Shown: positions 25,507 through 33,150, numbered from the stretch's first letter. The stretch: DNA of 55,798 nucleotides from an uncultured Gammaproteobacteria bacterium (GCA_964442455.1 CAYTZB010000007.1:1-55798), one strand, 5' to 3'. Program-made: numbers and translations. The notes: generated by a model not told the origin, from the sequence alone.

Positions 25507-26195
25507 GGTGTTGCGGTCGGCGATGGGCTAGGACTTGGGCTTGCTGTTGGGCTAGGGCTGGGTGATGGACTTGGGCTTCCACTTGCTGGAGGTGTCCCCT
25601 CTTGTCCTACCCTCAAACCTTTAATATCACCTATTACATGAACCAGAATTCTGTGTACTTCTACTAATTGGCGCACAACTGCGCGAATCGTTTGTCCTAC
25701 CTCTTTGAATGCCGCTTTGGGGTCGTTACTTGAAAGTATGTCTTCCAATCCGTCTTTTGCGTCTTGGAGGTCGTCTTTCGCATTCCCGAGCTTGGTCTTT
25801 GCGTCATTTACTTGGTTCTTAACATCTGTCATGTCTTCACCTGCTGCTTCTAATTTTGCAATTCTTCGCTCAATTCGACCTATCAATCGCTCGAGTCGCT
25901 CTATTGCCGCTTCAATTCTCTCAACCATTCTGTTGAAGAATTTACGGATGAGTTCTTTTCTGCGCTCAGCGAGTTGAGCTGATAACGTTGCAAGTCTTGT
26001 TTCTACCCTTTCCCTTGCTTCTTGGGCACGTGGATTAGGAGTACGCGTGAGAGCATGAAGTAATCCCGGAGGTGTCGCATCATCACTACCAAACAACGAG
26101 AAACCCCTCCCTCTATTCTCAGAGGCGATGGCATTTGTTGCAACAACTCCAGTCAAAAAAACAAAAAAAGAAAGTACAGCGAGTACTTTTTTCAT
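25503..26195 (-). CDS. hypothetical secreted coiled-coil protein with SP-repeat C-terminus
   Basis: Signal-like N-terminus MKKVLAVLSFFVFLTGVVATNAIA; heptad-like core; C-terminal GSPSPSPSPSPTASPSPSPSPTATP. Confidence 0.65.
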   Translation of the reverse strand: MKKVLAVLSFFVFLTGVVATNAIASENRGRGFSLFGSDDATPPGLLHALTRTPNPRAQEARERVETRLATLSAQLAERRKELIRKFFNRMVERIEAAIERLERLIGRIERRIAKLEAAGEDMTDVKNQVNDAKTKLGNAKDDLQDAKDGLEDILSSNDPKAAFKEVGQTIRAVVRQLVEVHRILVHVIGDIKGLRVGQEGTPPASGSPSPSPSPSPTASPSPSPSPTATP

Positions 26196-26244
26196 TTAAT
26201 AAATTATAGGATAGTATAACTCTGAATGTCAAGTGGATGCCCAT

Positions 26245-27246
26245 TTATTGTAAATGTTTTTTGAAAAATTCAATATCGCGAGCGACGACGGTATCCCAAT
26301 TGCGGGAGAGATTATGATCGTCACCTTTATACGTATAATAATCAACCTGCTTTTCCAAACTACGAATTTTTTCTACAAATTCATTCGTCCACTCGACCTT
26401 GACTAACTGGTCTCCTGTACCTTGATGCACTTGGAGAGGGACTGTTATATCTTGTACATACGTCTCCACTGAAAATTGAGCGGGGTTGTAATTTGCCAAA
26501 AAGGCGCTAATTGAGGCCATTACCATTCTCCCTTGGTCGTCTAATTCTCCTATGTAGTCAAGCACGTTTTGGGGAAATGGTCGGGTCACGGGAGCCCAAA
26601 GGGTTGTGGGTATAGAATTTTTACCTACCTCAAGCACTGAGAGAGCAACTTGTCCCCCATTTGAATGTCCCCACAAAAACACATTGCCAATATCTGCTTG
26701 GGGGAGAGTTTTAATTGACTCGAGTAAATTAAGTATTGTAACCGGTTTCTCTAATCTTGCTTCGATAATGTCTGCGCTTTCCGAATCAGATCCCCCAAAT
26801 CCTAAAAAATCTGGGGCAAGAGTGATAAATCCTGCTTTGGCAAATTCACCCGCGGCTTTTCTTGTTCCCAGGCCGGTAAAGTATATTTCTTTGTCCGCGT
26901 ATCCGCGAAGCATCACCACGACAGGAGATTTAGCTTGCCCCAAGCGTTGTCGAAGGGGCAGGCCTGCCTGCGCAGGCAGGTTCGCTTGGCCGGTTACCCT
27001 TTTACTATCTGTAGTAAACGAAAATACATATGAAGTAAACTCGTCTTCCCGTTCAAGTACTCTTTCTAACTTAATTTCACTTCCCTCATAAGAGCGTGTT
27101 CTGAGCTGTTCAAATGAGTATTTTGCGAGAGGCGTGGGTTTGGGTACGGCGGGAGAGATGATAGGAGTTGGTTGTTTCTGCCAAAACCATAAAGATGCTC
27201 CCACTGTAAGAAACAATATTCCGATAATAAAGAATGCTTTACCCAT
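26245..27246 (-). CDS. alpha/beta hydrolase (dienelactone hydrolase / S9-like), membrane anchored
   Basis: Nucleophile elbow GHSNGG; C-terminal DDH; N-terminal TM. Confidence 0.75.
   Translation of the reverse strand: MGKAFFIIGILFLTVGASLWFWQKQPTPIISPAVPKPTPLAKYSFEQLRTRSYEGSEIKLERVLEREDEFTSYVFSFTTDSKRVTGQANLPAQAGLPLRQRLGQAKSPVVVMLRGYADKEIYFTGLGTRKAAGEFAKAGFITLAPDFLGFGGSDSESADIIEARLEKPVTILNLLESIKTLPQADIGNVFLWGHSNGGQVALSVLEVGKNSIPTTLWAPVTRPFPQNVLDYIGELDDQGRMVMASISAFLANYNPAQFSVETYVQDITVPLQVHQGTGDQLVKVEWTNEFVEKIRSLEKQVDYYTYKGDDHNLSRNWDTVVARDIEFFKKHLQ
26957..26980. repeat. GC-rich palindrome (GGCAGGCCTGCCTGCGCAGGCAGG) inside the hydrolase CDS
   Basis: The 18-mer CCTGCCTGCGCAGGCAGG is identical to 30823-30840; read in frame as ...AQAGLPLRQ... 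Confidence 0.8.
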
Positions 27247-27308
27247 ATAGAATTATTGTAGCATTTCCTTATTGACATTCGTATTTTGTTCGGATATATC
27301 TTAAGGTG

Positions 27309-28544
27309 ATGATTCTCCATGTGGATTTAGATGCCTTTTTTGCTTCGGTTGAACAGCGGGATAATCCCAAGCTTCTAGGTCGCCCGGTGATTGTCGGTGG
27401 TTCGCCCGCTTCCCGAGGAGTCGTCGCAACAGCCTCATATGAAGCACGACCGTATGGAGTTCACTCCGGTATGCCCCTTTTTCGCGCGAAGCTCCTGTGT
27501 CCCCACGCGATTTTTTTGTCTGGTAATTTTGCGAAATATGAGCGTGCATCGGAACAGTTTGTTGAAATTTGCTCATCCTACTCCCCTCTTATAGAGCAAG
27601 TCTCACTTGATGAGTTATATATGGATATGGAAGGGACACAGACATTATGGGAAAGTCCAGTCTGGGTTGCACAGCACATTAAGGAACGAGTGAAGCACGA
27701 ATTAGGCATTACGTGCTCTGTGGGAGTGGCAAGCCAAAAAACTATTGCGAAGGTTGCCTCAGGATTTAATAAGCCGAATGGTATTACTATAGTTCCAGAA
27801 GGGAGAGAAAAAGAATTTCTTGCCCCACTTCCTGTTGAAAAGTTACCAGGCTGTGGGAAACAAACCCAGAATTTCCTGAGAAGCTTTGGGATTACTACTG
27901 TGGGTGGATTTGCCGATATGGAACGGGAGCATGTAGCAATTCTTCTCGGCAAACATGGACTTTTTTTATGGGAAGTTGCAAATGGGCAGGACCACTCTCG
28001 TGTTACTCCACCTACGGACGCCAAGTCAACCAGCCGCTCTACCACCTTTCCCGCTGATTCAAATAATCACGAATTTATAGAGGCAATGCTTTTTTATCTT
28101 GCACAACGAGTCGCAAATGATGTGCGTGAAAATGGTGTGGGAGGATGGTGTGTCACTGTTACTTTGCTAACCTCGGAGTTTGAGACGCACGCAATGCAGA
28201 GGACACTTTCTTTTCCAATTATTACAGCGTGGAAACTGTTTGCTATTGGAAAAGAGTTACTTGCAAAACTTTGGGATGGAAGGACATTATTACGTTTGGT
28301 AGGTATAGGCATTTCCGGCCTTGCCTGCCGGCAGGCAGGTTTTAATCAATTGAACGGACAATTTCAATTGTTTAAAACAGTGGGTACGAACGAAAAATGG
28401 AGTTTGCTTGAGGGCGCTATGGACAAAATAAGAAAAAAATACGGATTCTTATCAATTACTCCTGCCTCAGTAATGAGACTGAAAGGAGTATATCCTGCGA
28501 CTCACCGCGGATTTCGATTATCAACCCCGTCACTCTCAAGATGA
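27309..28544 (+). CDS. dinB: DNA polymerase IV
   Basis: ILHVDLDAFFASVEQRDNP, SLDELY and little-finger region; start could be GTG 27306 or ATG 27309. Confidence 0.9.
   Translation: MILHVDLDAFFASVEQRDNPKLLGRPVIVGGSPASRGVVATASYEARPYGVHSGMPLFRAKLLCPHAIFLSGNFAKYERASEQFVEICSSYSPLIEQVSLDELYMDMEGTQTLWESPVWVAQHIKERVKHELGITCSVGVASQKTIAKVASGFNKPNGITIVPEGREKEFLAPLPVEKLPGCGKQTQNFLRSFGITTVGGFADMEREHVAILLGKHGLFLWEVANGQDHSRVTPPTDAKSTSRSTTFPADSNNHEFIEAMLFYLAQRVANDVRENGVGGWCVTVTLLTSEFETHAMQRTLSFPIITAWKLFAIGKELLAKLWDGRTLLRLVGIGISGLACRQAGFNQLNGQFQLFKTVGTNEKWSLLEGAMDKIRKKYGFLSITPASVMRLKGVYPATHRGFRLSTPSLSR
28317..28340. repeat. GC-rich palindrome (GGCCTTGCCTGCCGGCAGGCAGGT) inside the dinB CDS
   Basis: Same arms (GCCTGCC / GGCAGGCAGG) as 26957-26980 and 30823-30840; encodes ...GLACRQAGF... 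near the C-terminus. Confidence 0.75.
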
Positions 28545-29110
28545 AGCGAAAATGATTGGATGAGTCGATAGTGGGAAGTATTCATGTGTTTACTATACGT
28601 AGTCTCGTATATATTAACTGCATTGACTTTAAACTCACCTATGGGTTGTGTTTCCACCTTGCGTATATTTGACAGCAGTTGTTTCACTTCATGGGGATAC
28701 CGCATGCGTTTAAGTCGGCCGATTGTTACATGAGGAGAAAATCTTTTGGAAAGAGAGAACTCAATTCTTTTAAGTTCATTTCTTAATTGCGACTGAAGAT
28801 TTTTTAATTTTTCTTCGACGTCATGCACTTCTAAGACTATCATCGAATCACCGTGTCGTTTATAAAGATACATGCTTTCCCCTAACGAAAGAGAGAAAGG
28901 AGCATTATTTGTGCTTATTTCTTTCAATATGCGAGTAACTGAACTCAGTTTTTCTTTTGAAACAAAGCCTAAGAAAACAAGGGTAATATGAAGTTTTTCA
29001 GAATCTTCCCAATTAATAGTTGGAAACTCTTTTTTGAATGTATTAATTGAGGACTGAATTTTATGAACAATTTCCTCTGGTGGCCTGATTGCGATGAATG
29101 CGCGTGTCAT
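28502..29110 (-). CDS. thpR: RNA 2',3'-cyclic phosphodiesterase (2H phosphoesterase, LigT/ThpR)
   Basis: Two H-x-T motifs (HITLVFLG, HVTIGRL); 3' end overlaps the dinB 3' end (convergent). Confidence 0.8.
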   Translation of the reverse strand: MTRAFIAIRPPEEIVHKIQSSINTFKKEFPTINWEDSEKLHITLVFLGFVSKEKLSSVTRILKEISTNNAPFSLSLGESMYLYKRHGDSMIVLEVHDVEEKLKNLQSQLRNELKRIEFSLSKRFSPHVTIGRLKRMRYPHEVKQLLSNIRKVETQPIGEFKVNAVNIYETTYSKHMNTSHYRLIQSFSLHLESDGVDNRNPR

Positions 29111-29583
29111 TTGATGCTAGCGGGTAACTCAACAGGCGTTCCTACGGTAATATTGTGAGCTCTAGCCCAGCCGGCATTTACTTCAAGTACGTAATCAATT
29201 GGAACGCTCGAGGTATAGCGAGGGAGCGCGTCAAGAGAAGCTCCCGGAGAAGGTACAGGGGCACTCTCAGTCATCTGGGTAACTTTCCCATCGTTAATCC
29301 AAAGAATGTCCACTGCAAACCTCATATCTCTCATCCAGAATGAGGGCGTGGTGTCTGCCGTCATGACAAAGAGCATTCCTTCGCTTTCCCCAAGTGAATC
29401 CTTACCGGAAAGTCCTTTTTCGTGTGCTTCTGGTGTGTCTGCGATTTCAACTGTGAGGGTTGTATCCCCTACTTTCATCGTATTCTCGCTTTGTAGCTGG
29501 AGTTTGAATCCTCCACGAGTTAACCATGCCGCAACGAGGATCATAGCAACAAGGAGCCCAAATAAGAGCAAGATTTGTTTCAT
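29107..29583 (-). CDS. DUF192 domain protein, membrane anchored
   Basis: N-terminal TM; core GMLFV...F.M...DILWI typical of DUF192. Confidence 0.7.
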   Translation of the reverse strand: MKQILLLFGLLVAMILVAAWLTRGGFKLQLQSENTMKVGDTTLTVEIADTPEAHEKGLSGKDSLGESEGMLFVMTADTTPSFWMRDMRFAVDILWINDGKVTQMTESAPVPSPGASLDALPRYTSSVPIDYVLEVNAGWARAHNITVGTPVELPASIK

Positions 29584-29705
29584 CGCGTAATTATACTTCC
29601 AAAATAGACAATGGCAAGAACAACCACAAAGACAGTGATTGGAACGAGGAGGAGAAGTATGGATAGCCGTTCTTTATTTGGTTTAAGATGTTGGAGCTCG
29701 TTCAT
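29580..29705 (-). CDS. candidate 41-aa single-TM peptide
   Basis: ATG at 29705, 5 nt after the MBL stop; its TGA overlaps the DUF192 ATG (ATGA); hydrophobic LSILLLLVPITVFVVVLAIVYF. Confidence 0.35.
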   Translation of the reverse strand: MNELQHLKPNKERLSILLLLVPITVFVVVLAIVYFGSIITR

Positions 29706-29710
29706 AATTT

Positions 29711-30484
29711 CTATACCTCTAATTGTAACCCATCGTAAGCGATATGGAAATTGCGGCCTGCGTTTTCTCTTAAATAGTTTTCGAGGAACTTGTGTGTGCC
29801 GGTTTTGTGGCCGATATGGACAAAGTAGACACTTTTCGCTTTTAGATTCTTGCTTATAGTGATGCCATCTTGGATTGAAATGTGTCCCGGGCTCTGGCCT
29901 AGTTTGCCCAGAGACGAGCCGTCGATAATTAGTACATGACAATCTCGAATGACTCTTTGTGATGACGGCAAGATACGATTGAAATCCGGAATATAGGCAA
30001 TAAATTTACCATTTTTGTATTTGATGCCGAACGCTGGTGTTTTACCGTGAATTACTGGAAAGTAGGTTATTTTGGCGTGTTCGATGTTAAATGTTTCCAA
30101 GGGTTTTTGTATTGATACCACTATTGGCTGAAATTGGCTGAAGAATGTGCTTCTAATGTTATTTAAAACTTCTCTTGTAACAAAAAGCTTAATCTTGTCG
30201 ACTTCGTTTTCGTTTCTTCCGTAAATATGTGGAAGATCCCATAGGCCCAATATGTGATCAGGATGTGCGTGGGATATAAGAACGGCTTTCAATTTTTGAG
30301 TGACGTTTAATGGCAATAGATGATTATAAGTGTCTGGTCCTGCATCCAAAAGGACTTTGTCGTCGATTAATATTTGGGTTCTTGTACGTTTGTCTTTTGG
30401 ATCGTGCGAGGTGCAGATTTCGCAATTGCACCCCAATCGCGGTAGCGGCCATCCAGCAGAAGTACCTAGAAAGGTTAAGTGCAT
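29711..30484 (-). CDS. MBL-fold metallo-hydrolase (PhnP-like / tRNase Z family)
   Basis: LTFLGTS start, Cys cluster GCNCEIC, HAHPDH metal motif; ATG at 30484 is separated from the tRNA-Leu 3' end (30486) by 1 nt. Confidence 0.8.
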   Translation of the reverse strand: MHLTFLGTSAGWPLPRLGCNCEICTSHDPKDKRTRTQILIDDKVLLDAGPDTYNHLLPLNVTQKLKAVLISHAHPDHILGLWDLPHIYGRNENEVDKIKLFVTREVLNNIRSTFFSQFQPIVVSIQKPLETFNIEHAKITYFPVIHGKTPAFGIKYKNGKFIAYIPDFNRILPSSQRVIRDCHVLIIDGSSLGKLGQSPGHISIQDGITISKNLKAKSVYFVHIGHKTGTHKFLENYLRENAGRNFHIAYDGLQLEV

Positions 30485-30485
30485 G

Positions 30486-30568
30486 TGCGGGCGGGAGGAT
30501 TTGAACCCCCACGGTCTTGCGACCACAAGGTCCTAAACCTTGCGTGTCTACCATTTCACCACGCCCGC
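30486..30568 (-). tRNA. tRNA-Leu(TAG)
   Basis: Hand-folded: GCGGGCG/CGCCCGC acceptor, anticodon stem CAAGG/CCTTG with loop TTTAGGA, long variable arm, GGGGG/CCTCC T stem; no encoded CCA. Confidence 0.9.
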
Positions 30569-30802
30569 AATTAAACTTAGCAATCCTTCTTTATTCCACC
30601 TTACCTTGAGAAATTTCTCAAGATCTCTACCAGTTTCTCTTTCGTTAAATTCTTGAACAAAAATCAATTCAAATGGTCTGTAAGATCGAGTCGTTTTCTC
30701 CCTACCCAGATTATGTCTCTTAACTCTTTCATTTAAATCTCCTGTCATTCCAACATAGACCCAGTTTTTAATTTTACTTCTTAAGAGATAAACATAAAAC
30801 AT
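30548..30802 (-). CDS. small GIY-YIG nuclease domain protein (84 aa)
   Basis: FYVYLLRS...YVGMTGDLNERVKRHN...; the last 7 codons (20 sense nt plus the TAG) overlap the 5' part of tRNA-Leu. Confidence 0.8.
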   Translation of the reverse strand: MFYVYLLRSKIKNWVYVGMTGDLNERVKRHNLGREKTTRSYRPFELIFVQEFNERETGRDLEKFLKVRWNKEGLLSLIAGVVKW

Positions 30803-30822
30803 CTCTCATTAAGCCGTGCGTG

Positions 30823-30862
30823 CCTGCCTGCGCAGGCAGGTCTACCATTTCACCACGCCCGC
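30823..30862 (-). repeat. GC-rich palindrome abutting a 23-nt duplicate of the tRNA-Leu(TAG) 5' end
   Basis: 30840-30862 is identical to 30546-30568 (tRNA positions 1-23); CCTGCCTGCGCAGGCAGG occupies 30823-30840. Confidence 0.85.
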
Positions 30863-30884
30863 ATTAATTAATTATACCAAAAAA

Positions 30885-31129
30885 GAGAGGGCGATTCCTT
30901 TCGGTCTCGCCCTCTCTAGGTGTCCCACCTTTTCTTTCGAAAGAGTGGGACATGTTGCCCTCTGTCGTTCTTTCGAACTCTAGAGGACTTGGTGCCCCCC
31001 TCTGCCTTTCGGCTTTGGAGGACTTGGTGTCCCACCTTTTCTTTCGAAAGAGTGGGACTTGGCGTCCACCTAGACCTTTCGGTTTTCGGCGGACATGGTG
31101 CCCCCCCAAGTCTTTCGACGTAGGGGGAC
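30885..31129. repeat. tandem array of 7 hairpin units (34-37 nt each) with conserved CTTTCG apex
   Basis: Units start at 30885, 30919, 30954, 30991, 31026, 31061 and 31097; 30919 and 31026 are near-identical; the others differ in arm sequence but stay self-complementary. Confidence 0.8.
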
Positions 31130-31380
31130 AAAAAATCCCAAAGTAATCCCGATAAATCGGGATACCTCAGGATCTAGTGTGTACTATAACACACAACCTA
31201 TAGCTTGTCAAGCGGATATACTATTTTCAATAAAAATTAACTATGTTCGCGCAGACCCCGTAAAGCTGCTCCACGAGGCGTATACGAATAGTATTGAAAA
31301 GCCAAGTGGTAAGGCGAAAGTGGGGTCAAGTTTTACCTTATTTCGAACAAAGTAAGAAACAAGCTCGGCTTATAGTATTT

Positions 31381-31974
31381 TTACTCCATTTCTGTGAGGA
31401 ATTGGTTGACTCCTGCGGCCCAGGAGCCTTCCGATAGAGGTGTATACTTCGCCATTATCTTTTCAACAGTATCATAACCCTTATCGATATACTCTTCCCG
31501 CAACCCTTGCGCGACAGTTTGAATTGCCGTAGGGTAATCTCTAAAACCTAGCGTGCCTTCGCTATGAATCCCCCATCCCCAACAATTGTAAGTTTGGGGC
31601 GGCATTTTTTTACAGAGGTTTGACTCTTGCTGTGCAATTGCCACAAGAAGACGGTAATCCATTCCATATTGGTCTGATACTGCAACAAGAAAAGGTGCAA
31701 ATGGTTCAAGCGGCGAGCGATATCGTCCAAGGTACTGCCGCACCATTTCAACTCTAGCATCACCTGGTATGGGGGCAGTTGAGAGAGAAGGAGTGTGGGA
31801 AGGAAGTGCCGCAAAAACCTCCACACCAAATTGCGGTGCTTCGATGAGTGTTTTTTGGGAAACAGATGTAGGTAGTGGTGTCTGCTGACTCAAAGAGATA
31901 AGAGAAACAAAACTTGCGACAATTGTTAAGGGAGTGACGGTGAGAAACGTGAGTAGGTAGACGAGTCTTTTCAT
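31381..31974 (-). CDS. hypothetical exported protein (197 aa)
   Basis: N-terminal TM/signal; AIAQQESN resembles a transglycosylase E-S motif, but this is unverified. Confidence 0.6.
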   Translation of the reverse strand: MKRLVYLLTFLTVTPLTIVASFVSLISLSQQTPLPTSVSQKTLIEAPQFGVEVFAALPSHTPSLSTAPIPGDARVEMVRQYLGRYRSPLEPFAPFLVAVSDQYGMDYRLLVAIAQQESNLCKKMPPQTYNCWGWGIHSEGTLGFRDYPTAIQTVAQGLREEYIDKGYDTVEKIMAKYTPLSEGSWAAGVNQFLTEME

Positions 31975-32105
31975 GGAAAGAGTTTACCTTGAGGATGACA
32001 TATAACTTTGGGTTTTGTCAAATTTTGAGTTGTATCTGTGAACTACGATTACGTTATTAAGTACGCTTGACAAAAATTGACCAATAAACGATAGTTACTA
32101 TAAGT

Positions 32106-32627
32106 ATGGATGAAGAAGAAATAATAGGTTCATCCGATCAAGAGCAGCCTACTTCTAGGGTCAAAAGGGCTGAGTATCGAGATTTTATAAATCGAAGAGC
32201 TAAAGTTGCGTATATGATAAGCGAGGGAAAAGTACTCTTTACAGCTACGAAAAGCTCAATAGAAACAACAAGCACAATTAATGCCGCTGAAAGGATAGTA
32301 AAAGCAATTTGCGATGCTGAAGGAATTAACTGGAAGGATCCTTCATTTCTTGAAAAATACGAATTTTATGATTTCACTACACCTGTAGGATATCCAACAC
32401 CTGTAGGATATCCAGGCAGACAAATGGATAAAATGGAAATCCTCAAGTTAGAAATAATACCTTTCAAAAGAGGCATGCGTGACGATATCATGGTAAAGTC
32501 TTGGACTCAATGTGAAATTCAACAAGGTTCTTCCCCTAACAGTCATGGATCAGTAGAACTCCCAGCTTTGCCAGTTGCGACGATTAAAGGGTTCATTAAC
32601 TCTTTACCTTCACCTACCTCAGAATAA
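32106..32627 (+). CDS. hypothetical protein (173 aa)
   Basis: ATG-initiated ORF; contains a tandem PVGYPTPVGYP repeat; no motif recognised. Confidence 0.55.
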   Translation: MDEEEIIGSSDQEQPTSRVKRAEYRDFINRRAKVAYMISEGKVLFTATKSSIETTSTINAAERIVKAICDAEGINWKDPSFLEKYEFYDFTTPVGYPTPVGYPGRQMDKMEILKLEIIPFKRGMRDDIMVKSWTQCEIQQGSSPNSHGSVELPALPVATIKGFINSLPSPTSE

Positions 32628-32752
32628 AAAACCTGGATATTTAAGCAAAATTTTGGTAAAATAAGCGTAATACGCGCCCATAAGGAAACCTTGCGATTTC
32701 ATCGTAAGAACTATGGCTACGCCAGAACCTTGTGGACGCTTCGCTATCGCTT

Positions 32753-32826
32753 GCGCCCATAGCTCAACTGGATAGAGCGCGTGGCTTCGGACCATGAGGT
32801 TGGGGGTTCGAGTCCTCCTGGGCGCG
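32753..32826 (+). tRNA. tRNA-Arg(TCG)
   Basis: Hand-folded: GCGCCCA/TGGGCGC acceptor, loop CTTCGGA, GGGGG/CCTCC T stem with TTCGAGT loop. Confidence 0.9.
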
Positions 32827-32942
32827 CAAGATACGAAGTACCTGAGCAGACCAGGGGACGAGAATTTATTCGCCTGTCGCCGAAGGCGACTGACACGGAG
32901 TCACGAGTTTACCGAGGGACGAGTACATCCCTCCTGGGCGCG
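32827..32942 (+). mobile_element. tRNA-3'-end-associated mini element E1 (116 nt, ends in a duplicate of the tRNA-Arg 3' end)
   Basis: Begins ..GATACGAAGTACC, core GGGACGAGAATTTATTCGC, ends ACGAGTACATCC + CTCCTGGGCGCG, repeating 32815-32826. Confidence 0.7.
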
Positions 32943-32947
32943 CACGA

Positions 32948-33019
32948 GGTCCCGTAGCTCAATGGTAGAGCATCCGGCTCTTAACCGGGCGGTTGGAGGT
33001 TCGAGTCCTCCCGGGATCA
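32948..33019 (+). tRNA. tRNA-Lys(CTT)
   Basis: Hand-folded: GGTCCCG/CGGGATC acceptor, TCCGG/CCGGG anticodon stem, loop CTCTTAA, GGAGG/CCTCC T stem. Confidence 0.9.
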
Positions 33020-33120
33020 CTAGATACGAAGTACCTAGGGAGAGCGGGGGACGAGAATTTATTCGCACTCCGCCGATAGGCGGAGACACACAGCGAAGCG
33101 AGTACGTCCTCCCGGGATCA
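33020..33120 (+). mobile_element. tRNA-3'-end-associated mini element E2 (101 nt, ends in a duplicate of the tRNA-Lys 3' end)
   Basis: Begins ..GATACGAAGTACC, core GGGACGAGAATTTATTCGC, ends GCGAGTACGTCC + TCCCGGGATCA; the last 15 nt GTCCTCCCGGGATCA repeat 33005-33019. Confidence 0.7.
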
Positions 33121-33150
33121 CAATTAATGACGCACAAGCCATAAATAATT

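Noticed and set aside
29580-29942. The full 120-aa ORF 29580-29942 (-)
   Set aside because: Its N-terminal two thirds overlap the 3' end of the MBL hydrolase gene in another frame. Only the terminal 41-codon segment (29580-29705), with its own ATG, is retained, as a low-confidence peptide.
30885-31129. The hairpin array considered as a CRISPR array
   Set aside because: Units abut each other with no spacers, repeats are not identical (only 2 of 7 match closely), the period is about 35 nt in total, and no cas genes are in the window.
30864-31146. Four overlapping 64-81-aa ORFs on both strands across the hairpin array
   Set aside because: They exist in several frames on both strands only because the DNA is a self-complementary tandem repeat. 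The peptides are repetitive and have no start context.
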